Virus record (IMG/VR): IMGVR_UViG_3300046167_000825
Location: 1-64,000 of that record
Length of the DNA: 64,000 bases
Direction: 5' to 3' (one strand)
Position 1 is the first letter of the stretch; each line of letters begins with the position of its first letter. Positions 27,901 to 39,000 of the stretch are shown here, in pieces. The notes under the pieces are model-generated. The model worked only from the letters and a program-made list of their open reading frames with translations, did no database searches and was not told where the DNA came from. The position numbers were made by a program, and so were the translations under genes.

Positions 27901-28603
27901 TGATGTAATAGGTCAAAAAATCGCAGAAGGGGAGGTCTTGGCTGAACTGACCGAGAAACAAATAACCATTCAAGGTGAGATGGAGAAACAAGGAAAGCAT
28001 GCACAAGATTCACTAGATTCTATGGTTACTTCTTTTGAATCATTGGGAGCAGACACCGATGAGATGAAGAAGTTCCAAGAGAAGGGGCTACCACCAGCCA
28101 TCGGTAAAGAAGTCATGAAGGCTATGGTTGCCGAGAAACTCTTTGATGTCGCTTCGGCTGCGGGCATGAGTTTGGACAAAGTTATGGAAGCGTATTCCTC
28201 TCAACAAGATCCTAGTAAGAAGAACAGTTATGTGAAAGATGACCTCGACAGACAATTGAAGGCGGGGAAGATAAAAGAAGAGGAGTACAATAAACAAATA
28301 GGTGTGATCAAAACTCTCGGATTGCAAGATGGGTATTTTGATGGTCAGACAATGACACCTATGGGTGCTGGTGCTTTAATCTTCACACCAGATGGTCAAG
28401 CGTATCATACACGAGGTGACGATGAGATGCTCGTTGGTACAAATCTCAGTGGTGGTGGTGGTTCGGGTGGTTCTGGCGATGGTGGTATCCATATCGGTAC
28501 AGTAGTGGTGAAATCAGATGACCCCGAAACATTCAGGAGAAAACTCAAAGCCGTTGCCAAGACCAAATCTGGTCGAAACGCTATGAACGGGAGGAGTAGA
28601 TAA
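24959..28603 (+). CDS. Tape measure protein
   Basis: 1214 aa, helical, A/M/Q/K-rich, with a Gly-rich hydrophobic segment; canonical position. Confidence 0.85.
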   Translation: MNNKEMTKAIRDATKDFERLAETQIRNADEFNAHFSGSVGLMKSFGDQLGEASKLIQQNTTSQAKSVKHQQKLAKETKKHYDEIKEQEAAILALRTEMEGRVTAARKKEIEEEIEAANYLMAAEMKHAKKLSDFRTSKLAEEDQERETRYKEYMALTNNHKKNMQKMGAFGKNMGGMAQGGDIGGMATGGLEGVGSILKQLSGVGGKLGMVAGALGATVGVLGVFVGLMFQADKKAKDMNKNFMAGASGLDLMGKAFEKGKMTDRLFDMREMAFDVGMQFRMSSDEVATLASSFNQFGLRYDEMANMVGSTGDPVKALEANLQVAITKSKMLGVEANTVAEQIASMNENFAMDLSQIDDAFSAIYMSAQTTGVATQKFFSMITQVTGGMSLLNVDFAQTAAIAGELVESLGEAAGSKFLQDLSNRGRSKSYQERFKSALLSGGKTSRIGKKGVKSRAAALEQSSGFRTLTNSDDFKNTLQSLGVDNFDSSDIIGSFKNMTMKQQRNLIASSGNTSIGGSAEIERQLRALQQLNISSQQGGITGSAVQQGQFNTGENMAQFLAESGAFADLSKGQSLGGMSRAVLEQISGRSGMEVDQMVTMVDKMNSNMGVVQTYSERMDKMMKEEGMTGQAALAKLAQEKNMETGEFQKMLEEQYKLTLGADGKVMSSVTGTEVKDLEGYMINMGDSMKSSVEQAMSMEDAMTSEIVKNTASASAVLENVIGKYLNKISGFVEGIYEWLFDSKDKEADQQKAKDMVTILSDEMDKLYKKREDLEAVQSDLGAKVKSGKATAKEKSIYETNEQARELLDIELDVKSRQRTAYQRSGSYSGARGEVGEIQRRVTDKKMEIMGSNSFQQIEEGLIRARNTMIDDYETYARNAMGREEGDIVTHDRGLLMSEADLKEDTMGYIQPLLDQGFSIDEIKQVMGLQPTPSLKDHSGNYSEDGLVSLALFDLQNAATNGRGANASSITPTLLSSEASGDVIGQKIAEGEVLAELTEKQITIQGEMEKQGKHAQDSLDSMVTSFESLGADTDEMKKFQEKGLPPAIGKEVMKAMVAEKLFDVASAAGMSLDKVMEAYSSQQDPSKKNSYVKDDLDRQLKAGKIKEEEYNKQIGVIKTLGLQDGYFDGQTMTPMGAGALIFTPDGQAYHTRGDDEMLVGTNLSGGGGSGGSGDGGIHIGTVVVKSDDPETFRRKLKAVAKTKSGRNAMNGRSR

Positions 28604-29202
28604 TGACTAGAGCAAGAATACCGAGTGCTTTTTATAAGCCCGATGACGAATACAACGGAATGGGACGAAAACCCGTAGTTCTTGATGTGCTTGGTTCAGA
28701 TTGGGAAACGAGTGTCCTCCCCGACAACGCCAAGTTCGTCTTCCATGTCAACCCTAGTTCGCTCGATATCAACTACGGAAAGACAGTCTCCCGAATACAA
28801 ACAATGGGTGGCTATATCGAACAAGTGTGGGGACACGACACCACCGAGATATCTATGTCGATCAAGACGGGGGCATTTATCCGAATCAACTCTGGATTGA
28901 GTGCCGTCACCAATCCAGATATGGGAGGTACTAGAAGGGATTCTATCGCCTACGACAAGTACCAAGACCTCCTAGCCCTATTCCATAGCAACGGGGCTTT
29001 ATATGGCGAAAATGGGCAGATTGTGAGGCACGGGATTATCTCGTTGTACTTCGACCAAGTGACCTATCTCGGATGGTTCACGACATTCACGGTGGCAGAG
29101 AGTGCCGAAAAACCCTATTCCTTTGATCTGACAGCCAACTTCACTGTCCATAAGGAGAAGCATATTGGCTTGCTCCCCTCCGAAAAACTAGGGAGAGGTT
29201 GA
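28603..29202 (+). CDS. Tail tube initiator / baseplate protein
   Basis: FHVNPSSLDINY..SRIQTMGG..WG, YLGWFTTFTVAESAEKPYSF; follows the tape measure. Confidence 0.65.
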   Translation: MTRARIPSAFYKPDDEYNGMGRKPVVLDVLGSDWETSVLPDNAKFVFHVNPSSLDINYGKTVSRIQTMGGYIEQVWGHDTTEISMSIKTGAFIRINSGLSAVTNPDMGGTRRDSIAYDKYQDLLALFHSNGALYGENGQIVRHGIISLYFDQVTYLGWFTTFTVAESAEKPYSFDLTANFTVHKEKHIGLLPSEKLGRG

Positions 29203-29203
29203 T

Positions 29204-30310
29204 ATGGCGAAGAGAACCAACAGTAACTTAAACGGGGTGACCGAAACAGACACCACTGCTTATGAGGCTTCTGAAATTGACGACATACCCACCCTTGTGG
29301 TGGGAGCAAGCAAAAGCATCACTTCTGTGGGATCAAGCCCGTTGCCTTACATCCCAACGGGTCGAAGATTCGATTTGAAATATGAACCATCAAGTGGGGT
29401 GGCTCTTGATGGTGGTGACCCTTTAGTTCGGATGTATTCCCCTTTTGTTCTTCAGTATTTACCCCCCGCTGATGCCCAAGTGTATATCGGTGACATGAAG
29501 AAATCCCGAACTACCGATTTATCCAAGAATCTTAATACCTTTGCAGATGCTCTTGTCAATAACTTCGATGTCACTTCGTCATACGATGGTGCAGTAACAA
29601 CATCCTCGTACAATTCATTGGAAGCCCTCGCTCAACAGCAAGCCTACCGAAATCTCTCCTCTTCTGAAAATGGCACAGCCGAGAGTTCCTTCGTGGGGTC
29701 AGCCCAGACTTTATCATATATTTCACAACTCTTTGCCTTGATGAATCTCCCTCCTTTGCAGTTTTTAATTAACCCCAACTCAATGAGTATCACTTACACG
29801 AAGATACAAGACTTCTCAGCCCGAACTAGGAAGAACCGAGTCTTCAAAGCGTGGGGTGAAGATCAACCCAAGATCACTTTTTCAGCCCAAACGGGGGGCT
29901 TCGTTGCTCAATCGGGTGCTGGGAACGAGAGCCTAAATAACTTTTTCACTTTGATGAACACAGCGAACTCAAAGGGGCCGAGTGGAATGCAGTATGCCTC
30001 AAAGCGACAGTCGTTGGCTTTCCAACATTTCATGGAAATCCTTCAGATGTATCAGAACGCTTGCCTTATCTACGACAAGATTTTTGATACAGAGGCACAT
30101 TTAGGGGTAGGGTCATTCTTGATACATTACGACCAAATGACATACGAGGGGCTAATTGAATCTTTTGATTATTCCTACCAAGAGGATACCCCGAATGGTC
30201 TATCCTTCAACTTTGATTTCACGGTGTCAAAGATGTACGATTGGAACTCTCAACAAGGAAGCCCTCAAAGAATCCAACCCCCTTCTTTTGATGCTGACAG
30301 TAGGAAATAA
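29204..30310 (+). CDS. Second tube-initiator paralogue
   Basis: FLINPNSMSITY..AWGED..., YEGLIESFDYSYQEDTP aligns with the upstream gene. Confidence 0.65.
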   Translation: MAKRTNSNLNGVTETDTTAYEASEIDDIPTLVVGASKSITSVGSSPLPYIPTGRRFDLKYEPSSGVALDGGDPLVRMYSPFVLQYLPPADAQVYIGDMKKSRTTDLSKNLNTFADALVNNFDVTSSYDGAVTTSSYNSLEALAQQQAYRNLSSSENGTAESSFVGSAQTLSYISQLFALMNLPPLQFLINPNSMSITYTKIQDFSARTRKNRVFKAWGEDQPKITFSAQTGGFVAQSGAGNESLNNFFTLMNTANSKGPSGMQYASKRQSLAFQHFMEILQMYQNACLIYDKIFDTEAHLGVGSFLIHYDQMTYEGLIESFDYSYQEDTPNGLSFNFDFTVSKMYDWNSQQGSPQRIQPPSFDADSRK

Positions 30311-30313
30311 ATA

Positions 30314-33300
30314 ATGGCAAACGCAGAAAACAGACCCTTCAGTGGGACTTGGACATACAACAACAAGAAAAGCAGACGGCATGTACCCGATTGTATCGTG
30401 ACCTTCAATGGGGAAACGGCTATGCCCTCTTGTACTGGTTGTATGGGTCAGATAGACCTCCAAGACTTGATAACTTCTGTGTCGGTGTCGAACTCCACCG
30501 ACACCTCTCCCTCCTCTGTTTCTATCGGCATGGATTTGCCCACCAACAGAAGGTCATGTTTCTTTAGGGATAATAAGTTCATCCTACACCCTGGCATAGA
30601 AATCCATGTGTATATGCGTGGGTATTTCACGCACACCGAACTAGGGGGTCAGACAGAGGATGACAATTACAATTTGAACAACGCCACAATGAAGCCCTAT
30701 TACCAAGTGTTCAACGGTGTCATCACTGAGGTTTCTCACGGGTTCAGTGGTGGTTTCTATTCAGTGTCGATGAGTGCCTCAGATTTCCTTCATTTTTGGC
30801 AGTATCAGTCTATCAATACCAACCCCTCTGCTTTTGCGTCAAAGGCAGATGGTAACAAAACCAACATCAACTTCACGGGTCACTCCTACACAAGGAAAAA
30901 CCCCTTCTCGGTGGTACACGAATTGTTTTCCTCTGGGCATGGTGATGCTGGTGGTCACGAATGGGTGCTTTCTGACTTCGCAAATATTGGAATTAAGTCG
31001 GATTTGTTCCAAGCGAGTTTCTGGGAGGTCACGGGATATTATTGGCAACAAAGATTCCAACAACCGATGGGCAAACTGAAAATGTATGGGACAGACGGAA
31101 GACTCTTTAATTCCTTCGAGCAGTTCCTCCTTAGTTCAGACCTCATTGGCACGGGGGAGGCAAATATATCCTCCGATAATTGGGCAGCACTAGAAAACAA
31201 AAATACAGACAAAAAGCGTTTAGGGGGAATCGACAACTACATGGATTCTCTTTTGATGGTTTTGAGACACAGTTCCTCCAAAGACGGTGAGGTGAACAAG
31301 CAGCAGTATGCTTTCCCTTCTAGTTCGCTTTTCTATGTGGAGAACACAACATGGGGTGTCGACACGGCTAAAGGCAAGGGAACACGGGGTTATAATGTCG
31401 CTGGTGTGACGGCTTTCGCTCTTGATATCAACTCGCTGGGTCAAGTGAATCTATTTGAGAGCCAGATGCAGACCAAAATGGACATCGCCTCTCAAGTATC
31501 TCTCGAAATTGGCTTTGAGTTTTTCATTGATTTCAATGGGGATTATGTTTTTAAGCCCCCCTTCTATAATCTGGACACATCTGACTCAAGGGTGTATGTC
31601 GTGAAGGACATCGACCTCATCTCTTTCAACTCATCAGAGAAGGAAGCCGAATGTACTGTCATGAAAGGAACGGGGGGATACTTCAGCAATATGGCTTCTC
31701 TGTTTGGGAAGGAGTTCGAGAATAGAGGTATGTTCGTTGACTGGAAAGGGGTTGCTAAATATGGTTGGAGGGAAGCCTCGTTTGAAACAACCTTTCTGAA
31801 TGACCCCAAATCCATTTACTATGCCGCTATGAACCGTATGGCACTCGCCAATAAAGATGTTCAAAGTGGGGATTGTTCTATCCCTCTCAGACCAGAGATG
31901 AAATTGGGTTTCCCAGTGTATATCGAACCCTTTGATGTGTTCTATTATGTGACGGGTATCTCCCACACCTTTGGGTACGGGAGTGATTGCACAACCTCTC
32001 TGACACTGACAGCCAAACGAGCGAAGTTCTTCCCCCCCATGAATAAGATGGGGCGTTTCCCCAAGATTGAAGAAGTGGATTTCAAGAACATCTACCGACC
32101 CAATCACGCTCTGTTCACAAGAAATGGTGTCGGACAACCGAAATATATGGGTTTCCCTTGTGTGGTGTTGGCTTCAGACCCCCACGAGATTAACCCCCTT
32201 TGGTTTGGATTGGGTGAGATAACGAACTTTTTAGTGAATCTCACGAACAACACAACGGGTGAATCTGTTGGTGGTAATCACTACGAGGGAATCCTCACGT
32301 TAGTTCGTGCTATGAATGAAGTTGATAAACGAGTTCGGTACGAGTTGCTAGGAGGTGCTGCCAAAAACAACAAAATCTGCGTGAAGAATGCCGAGGGAAC
32401 TGACTTAAAGTTCACCTTCTATACTTTGGCGGAGGCGGCGGGGCAACTGAGAACCGATATTGATAATCGAACAGATGCGAAGGAATGGACACAGTATGAG
32501 AAGAATGATGCGTTCGTTTCGGATTCTTTTAAGGAAAAAATTACGAGTTATCACAAGAATGATGGCACAGCCCTCCTCATATTTTTTAAGATTCTTGATG
32601 AGGTACGGGCAGAACAAGGGAAGTTCATAAAGGCTGGGACAAACATGGAGAACTATCTCGCTAGTTTGAAGTTCATGAAATCGAACTTCCGACCCGATGA
32701 CCAACAGCCAGGGATGTATCGGTACTACTCGTCAGCCTTCCCCAACGACTTGTCGAACTCAGCCACTTTTCAAGGTATGGGCGATAGGCAACAAGTGAAT
32801 GTTGCTTCCTACAACCAAGATTCTATGGTTGTCCAAGAGGTGCTTCTCCCTCATGAGATACCCTCCCCCAAAAGCACTGTCAAAGTGATTGATTTACATG
32901 ATGGGACATACGATATTGTCAACCCCAATGCTGATGACCAAGCAGAAAAAGTGGCGAGGGCTGGAGGTGACTCGGTGTTCATCACGAAATATGGCTTACC
33001 CATACGCTCATTCGTTTACAGTGCTGGTGAGACCGTTAATGAGTTCACTTACAATGTCATGGCGACAGAAGACATCAAGAAAATCTGTTTCGCTGTCCAG
33101 TTCATTGGTCGCAGACAACAAATATCCTTCAAGATCAATGCCTCCATCAAGTTCGATAAGAAGAAAAAGAACTTTTCTCTCGCTCTCCCCCGATACCAAA
33201 ACGACCCCTTCCCAGATGGTATCTCTGTGGGGGAAGTTTACGACCCTTTCATAGACAATCACATTGAAGCCATCAAAGTTCTTGTGAAGAATGTGAAATC

Positions 33301-33634
33301 AACCCTTGCAAGCAACAATCAGAAAGTTCGGTCGGAGTCTTTTCAAAAGTTCCTTGATGGGCTAGTTCCCAAATATGATAAGATAAAAACTCGTTATAAT
33401 CATAGGACTTATTCTAGGCGTAGAAAGGGTTATTTTCAAGGGGCCTATAAGAAAATCCGTTCGGCAATGGAATCCGATTTACATGAAGCCGTCAAGTTTG
33501 TGAACATAGCAGAAACATTGGCGATATCCGATCAGTTATCCCCTTATTTCAACAGTGAGAGTACTTCGTTTGAGGTGTCAGCCAAAATACCTAGTGGGAA
33601 CAAATTATTACAAGGGTACGAGTGTTCCGAGTGA
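30314..33634 (+). CDS. Baseplate hub (gp27/GpD-like), N-terminal part; probable +1 frameshift to the next ORF
   Basis: FNGVITEV, FEFFIDFNGDYVFKPPFY, IPLRPEMKLGFPVYI..YYVTGISHTF are hub-type motifs. Confidence 0.75.
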   Translation: MANAENRPFSGTWTYNNKKSRRHVPDCIVTFNGETAMPSCTGCMGQIDLQDLITSVSVSNSTDTSPSSVSIGMDLPTNRRSCFFRDNKFILHPGIEIHVYMRGYFTHTELGGQTEDDNYNLNNATMKPYYQVFNGVITEVSHGFSGGFYSVSMSASDFLHFWQYQSINTNPSAFASKADGNKTNINFTGHSYTRKNPFSVVHELFSSGHGDAGGHEWVLSDFANIGIKSDLFQASFWEVTGYYWQQRFQQPMGKLKMYGTDGRLFNSFEQFLLSSDLIGTGEANISSDNWAALENKNTDKKRLGGIDNYMDSLLMVLRHSSSKDGEVNKQQYAFPSSSLFYVENTTWGVDTAKGKGTRGYNVAGVTAFALDINSLGQVNLFESQMQTKMDIASQVSLEIGFEFFIDFNGDYVFKPPFYNLDTSDSRVYVVKDIDLISFNSSEKEAECTVMKGTGGYFSNMASLFGKEFENRGMFVDWKGVAKYGWREASFETTFLNDPKSIYYAAMNRMALANKDVQSGDCSIPLRPEMKLGFPVYIEPFDVFYYVTGISHTFGYGSDCTTSLTLTAKRAKFFPPMNKMGRFPKIEEVDFKNIYRPNHALFTRNGVGQPKYMGFPCVVLASDPHEINPLWFGLGEITNFLVNLTNNTTGESVGGNHYEGILTLVRAMNEVDKRVRYELLGGAAKNNKICVKNAEGTDLKFTFYTLAEAAGQLRTDIDNRTDAKEWTQYEKNDAFVSDSFKEKITSYHKNDGTALLIFFKILDEVRAEQGKFIKAGTNMENYLASLKFMKSNFRPDDQQPGMYRYYSSAFPNDLSNSATFQGMGDRQQVNVASYNQDSMVVQEVLLPHEIPSPKSTVKVIDLHDGTYDIVNPNADDQAEKVARAGGDSVFITKYGLPIRSFVYSAGETVNEFTYNVMATEDIKKICFAVQFIGRRQQISFKINASIKFDKKKKNFSLALPRYQNDPFPDGISVGEVYDPFIDNHIEAIKVLVKNVKSTLASNNQKVRSESFQKFLDGLVPKYDKIKTRYNHRTYSRRRKGYFQGAYKKIRSAMESDLHEAVKFVNIAETLAISDQLSPYFNSESTSFEVSAKIPSGNKLLQGYECSE

Positions 33635-34889
33635 AACCGTCATTGGGGAAGATTTGAAACTGCTAGACGGTGTTTCCGACAAGGTGATTCAAATGGTTTC
33701 TATTCTAAGAAAAACCACTGACACACGAAAGCCTCAAGACTCGTACGAATATGGTTTTTTAAGTTCGTGGGATGGACACCCTCTTTATAATGGAGCAACA
33801 GACACTAGGAAGGCAGAACTACAAGAGTGTCTCCAAGAAAACTCTGCAAGTTATTTCCAAGAATCAATGGTGAAAACACCCCAAAATGGCAACTACACTT
33901 TCCGTGCTCCTAAAGAAGAACCTTATTACTCACCCGTTTTTCCCGTGAGTGACGAGAAGGGCTTTGAGCATTTTGGAACATACGCTTACGGGAGGGGGAT
34001 GACACTCAAATCCCTCGCACAGATCATCGACACAGCCCCAGAATTATGGGGGGACTTATCCCCTCTCGACCTCAATCGTCTTTACGGGGCAATTGCTGTG
34101 GGCAAAAATAGAAAACTCTTGTCAGTCAAGGAAGCAGAAAGTGGTTCATCCCTCCAAAGTAATTACCGAGCGTTCGATAACAACTATCGAACTACTCTCA
34201 ATGAGAGTATCGCAAACTACATCACTACGAGGGGTCAAGAAGAAGTTTTATCTCAAGATATCATCACTGCTATGACCACTGCTGGAGTGGATTTTTCTTC
34301 TACAGATTCAGTGTTCCAACATCTCAAAACATGGACAACAACGGGTCAAGAAGAAGTTGTTGGTGGTGATGCTGGGATAAACATCGCTTCAAAAATCTTT
34401 GAACAAGCCTTCGTTGGGAATATCATCACGACCAACCAACAATATGGTCAGAAGATTGCTGCTGGTAATGTTCCCATCGAACTAGCCCGACTGGATCAGT
34501 TCTATTCCCCCACCACTTGTAACGGAGGAGCAGCCAACGCCCTCTCGACCTCAGATGCTTTCAGTCTTGAATCCGATCAGTATTCCTTCGCTTACAACTC
34601 CAACACGGGGGACTTCAATGAAACAGCGTGGCAACAGATGTTAGCCGAGAATCGCCTCATTGATTGGTTCTCTCACCAAGAGGCATTGAGGGGGGAGATA
34701 CAAGAGCCGACCATCACGATCCAAGATTTCCAAGATGATGCCAATGCTATTGGGGAGGCTTTTTCAACTTTGTCCTCTGACATCCAACAGACACCAGATG
34801 TCTTCGGTCAGATAGTTCTAGGGAAATCCCCCGAAAACACCCAATCGACTTCGTTACCACCCCCAACAATAAATGAAGAAGATGAGTAA
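33555..34889 (+). CDS. Probable C-terminal continuation of the baseplate hub
   Basis: 80-bp overlap, no RBS, implausible N-terminus. Confidence 0.6.
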   Translation: MRVLRLRCQPKYLVGTNYYKGTSVPSETVIGEDLKLLDGVSDKVIQMVSILRKTTDTRKPQDSYEYGFLSSWDGHPLYNGATDTRKAELQECLQENSASYFQESMVKTPQNGNYTFRAPKEEPYYSPVFPVSDEKGFEHFGTYAYGRGMTLKSLAQIIDTAPELWGDLSPLDLNRLYGAIAVGKNRKLLSVKEAESGSSLQSNYRAFDNNYRTTLNESIANYITTRGQEEVLSQDIITAMTTAGVDFSSTDSVFQHLKTWTTTGQEEVVGGDAGINIASKIFEQAFVGNIITTNQQYGQKIAAGNVPIELARLDQFYSPTTCNGGAANALSTSDAFSLESDQYSFAYNSNTGDFNETAWQQMLAENRLIDWFSHQEALRGEIQEPTITIQDFQDDANAIGEAFSTLSSDIQQTPDVFGQIVLGKSPENTQSTSLPPPTINEEDE

Positions 34890-34899
34890 TGGTTTTATA
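34886..34899 (+). promoter_or_regulatory. Putative late promoter motif variant GTAA-N6-TATA
   Basis: GTAAtggtttTATA before the gp25-like gene. Confidence 0.5.
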
Positions 34900-34915
34900 T
34901 TCGTAGGGAGGTATT

Positions 34916-36013
34916 ATGAGTTTTGATTTTCAGATAGGGTTTCCTTGCCCACATTATATTGTTGAAGAACATGTCGAACTGTCTGCTGATAGGAGAGGCA
35001 TCGTCACCCGTTATCCCATTGCTGCTAAGGGGACAGTGTCCATTCTTATCAATGACGAGTTCTTTGTTCCCCAAAGGGGATTGGCTTCGAGAGCCGTTTT
35101 GAGGGGAGGGCAGAGTGGCCCCTATCGTGTAGGGAAGCACGAGGATGAACTGACGGTTTCCAATCAAGACAGTTCATTCACGGTCAAAATCCCACATGGA
35201 CTCCGTATCCCCACTGATGACCTCGTGGTTTTATTCAATAAGGCTTTCAAGTCGAAGGGTGAACAGTTCATTTTTGCGACCAATGTGTCGGGTTTCCTCA
35301 TTTTTTATGATGTGGCTAGTTCGGGTGGGAAGTCAAGGATTCTCGTGACGGGTTCGGCTGTTAATACATTGGGTTTCAAACAGAGGGGTATGAAGGGTCG
35401 TCTTTTATATCCAGCGTGGGTGTTGGAGAAGCAGTTGTCTTCTGATGGTGAGTTCTACGGAAGATTCTTGAGATTCACGAAGCCTCTCAAGAACAACCCC
35501 CTCATTAAAGTGTCCTATACCACCCCAGCAGAACAATGTGTTCGTTGTCGTTCCACTTATGTCGAGAATGATTACAGATATGACAGCAAGGGTGATATGA
35601 AACTCATAACGAATGAGGATCTCCTTTACCAAGCCTCCTTGAAAGCCCTCTTGACCATCAAGGGGAGTAACCCTTATTACAGATGGTACGGCACGAACTT
35701 GTTGAACGCCATTGGGAAGAAGGCTGTTCTAGGGCTACAAAACGCCATCAAACAAGAGATATCATCAGCCCTCCAGACATTTCAGCAAGGGCAGTTGGCA
35801 CAAGCCAAGTATCAAACGGTATCATCTAAGGAGAGATTATTCTCTTTGAGCAGTGTGGAGGTTTATCCACACGAGACAGACCCAACGGCATTTCTTGCTG
35901 AGGTGGTCATTGTCAATGCTTCCCAAGAACCCATTTCGCTTTCTGTTATATATACTGCCCCAAGTGCAATCGCTTTGGCGGGGTCGAATGGAAAGTCGCT
36001 AGGAATACGATGA
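34916..36013 (+). CDS. Baseplate wedge / sheath initiator (gp25/GpW-like C-terminal domain)
   Basis: LLYQASLKALLTIKGSNPYYRWYGTNL; precedes baseplate J. Confidence 0.75.
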   Translation: MSFDFQIGFPCPHYIVEEHVELSADRRGIVTRYPIAAKGTVSILINDEFFVPQRGLASRAVLRGGQSGPYRVGKHEDELTVSNQDSSFTVKIPHGLRIPTDDLVVLFNKAFKSKGEQFIFATNVSGFLIFYDVASSGGKSRILVTGSAVNTLGFKQRGMKGRLLYPAWVLEKQLSSDGEFYGRFLRFTKPLKNNPLIKVSYTTPAEQCVRCRSTYVENDYRYDSKGDMKLITNEDLLYQASLKALLTIKGSNPYYRWYGTNLLNAIGKKAVLGLQNAIKQEISSALQTFQQGQLAQAKYQTVSSKERLFSLSSVEVYPHETDPTAFLAEVVIVNASQEPISLSVIYTAPSAIALAGSNGKSLGIR

Positions 36014-36020
36014 GGATATT

Positions 36021-39000
36021 ATGAGAAAACCACAAGTATATAAGCCCGATGGCGAACTAACTGACCAGTTCACATACAAGACGACAATCCCAGAGAAGTT
36101 CTTCTCTGGTTTGCTGCCTCCCAACACAGTCGATGTTCAAATCTCTATTCGTGGTGGGGCTTTTGTGTCCAATCCCGATCTCATTGTTTTTGAAGATAGA
36201 GCGTGGTCAGCCCCCAATCCCGAAGTCTACCCCAATGGGTTGGAGTTAATCGCGGGGGAGAACCACATCCAAATCAGAACAATCGGAACGAGAGGTGATA
36301 CCTCTGAGATTCTTGATATCAAAGTCACGCTCATCCAAGATGATTCTATTTATGCCCTCTCAAAACCACCCACCAATCTATCACTATCTCGTGAGAGAGA
36401 TACCGTCACAGTCACTTGTGAAGGTGTGGTTGACCCCAATGTCATAGGATACAACTTCTATGCTGCCACAGAGCAAGGTGGGGGTGGTGTGGGCTATTCT
36501 CGTATCAATCTCAATACCATCCGTTCGGGGGAAACCATTGAGGATTTCGTGGAACTCCAAGACATCTCTTTCTTAGAAGATGTGGCTACCCAAGATTCGG
36601 GTGACCCCTATTCCGACCCTCAGTATATTTCTGTCATCACGGAACAAAAAGATATTCTCGGGAATGTCTTCCAGAAGAAAGAAAGAGGGATAAAAGAAAT
36701 ACCAGAAGGCACGGAACAACTGAGAATTGCTTACAAGGTTAGTTCAGTTCGCACGACTTCCATGTATTCTTTCAAGCACAATAGATTATTCTCGGAGAAC
36801 TCAAACCCTCCTACAATCTTCAGTTCTGAGTTCACGTCAATCAGCCGTGAAGACTCCTTGTTCTATGTGGCAACGGCTTTGTTTTTCGATGACATCAACA
36901 GCATTGAGTACGAGAGTGTTTTTTCAGTGGAAGTTATTGGGAGTCCCTTATTGGTATCCCTTGTGGGGAGCAATCTCCCTCAAGTATCCCGAAATCAAAT
37001 CAGAGAGGATTTCATTTCGTCCGTGTATCGTTCCAATCCCCAACTCCGAGTCGATCCCACATCTGTTCTTTCAGACACCGTCATTGAACCCTTCTCATCA
37101 GAGATGGAGAGGATGCGATTCCTATTGGATTTCTTCAATAAAAGTTCATCCCTCGCTGGGTTATTGCAGATAGACGATCCCAATAACACGGGGCAGTCGG
37201 CTGACATCACAGCCTCTAATTATAAGCGTGCCATTCAGATTGCTTTCCGTATCGACAACTATGCAGACACCCAAGCCTTCATAGATTCGATCATTGAAGC
37301 GAGGGCAATGAACTTCGGTGTGACACGGAGAACCTCCACTCGTTCAAGTGGGGAGATAACTTTTTACGTCACGAAACAACCGACCTCTTCGGTGCAGATA
37401 CCATTGGGGACAGAAGTTTCTGGTGGGGGAGGCACATTCACTACGCTCCAACGGGGCGTTATAAATGTATCGAATATTGCCTCCTATTACAATCCAGCCT
37501 TGAAACGGTGGGAAGTGTCTATTCCAGTCCAAGCCAGCATTGGTGGTTCAAATGGTAATGTCGCACAAGGGCTAGTTCGGTCATCGAACTTGACGGGAGT
37601 TCAACTCACCAACAATGCTGCTTTCTTTGGGGGAGCAGACAGAGAAACCAACAGAGAGTTCATCACGAGAGCCATGAACGCTTTGGCGAGTCATGATGTC
37701 GGAACAGAAAGGGGCTTTCTTCAGTTAGCCGCTGACATCGTGGGAGTACAGAATCTTAAAGTGGTGGCATCGGGACACAATCTCATGCAACGAGATAAGG
37801 ATACTTCTGGTAACCATCGTGGTGGTAAAGTAGATATCTGGGTGCGTTCAGACAACCCCGCCATCGTGACGGATTCCTTTGCTTTCTCTTATTCTTTAGG
37901 GAAAGATGTGACTTTTGAGGTGGTTGGATCACCCACTGACTTAATCTTCAAGGCGATTGATTCTTCCTTGACGGAGGATGCCCCCATTCTGAGATTGCTC
38001 TCAGAAACCGATAGATTTGGTTTCCGTAATGGCTCGACTGGACAATCCTTTGATATCACGGGTGCAAAGGTCATTCAATACAACATGATACAACTCTCCA
38101 CTGAGATCAATCAACCCGATGTTTCTTACGGGGATGTCATTTTTGGGGACTATTATCGACAAGATGGCAATGACCATCTATTCACGAGGCAACCCGTTGA
38201 GTCCATCGTGACCGTAGAGGGAACAATTAGTGGTGTTCTCCCCACAACGGCATACGAGTTGGTCAATCCGAGTGTTCCTCTCGAAACGGGATTCTCTCTT
38301 AACGAAGGTTCTTATCTTCGCATTAAGGGTTTCACAGACGATGGTTCTCGTGTCCCTTCTGGTGATTCTTTGAGTGCCACTGACGAAACACATGTCATCT
38401 TATCGAACTACCCCGAATATCTCAATAATCTAGGGGCTGACCCTCTCACGGTCACGGTCACCAATCTTGAGAAGACTATCACTTATCGTTCTCCGAGTGA
38501 CCCAAGTGGTATATCGGATTTCACTGTCCAAGAGAGAGAGGGCTTTCCTTTGGCTGTTTTCTTGACGGACAACTCTGAGATACGCTCTGGACAAGAGATT
38601 TTGATTTCGTATTCTTACGGGGAGAACTTCACTGTAACCTACGGGATTTCATCTTCTATTTCCACGACACAGAACATCATCGACCTCAATAAACCTCTCA
38701 CGGCAGATGTCCTAGTGAAGAAAGCGTTGGCTGTTCCAGTGGATGTTGAGGCTACGATTGTTTTGAGCGTGGGGGCTAGTTCGGGAGTGGTTGACAACAA
38801 TATCCGAACGACTCTAGCAAACTTCTTTGCGACACTGACACTAGGCGACCCCGTTCGTCAAAGTGACCTCGTTGAAATAATGGACTCTACTCGTGGTGTT
38901 TCTTATGTCATTCTCCCTATAACAAGAATGACACGCCAAGAGGCAGCAATGGTTCTCCGTGAATCTTTAGTTGTGGGTTCTTTGTCTGATTACACCCCTC

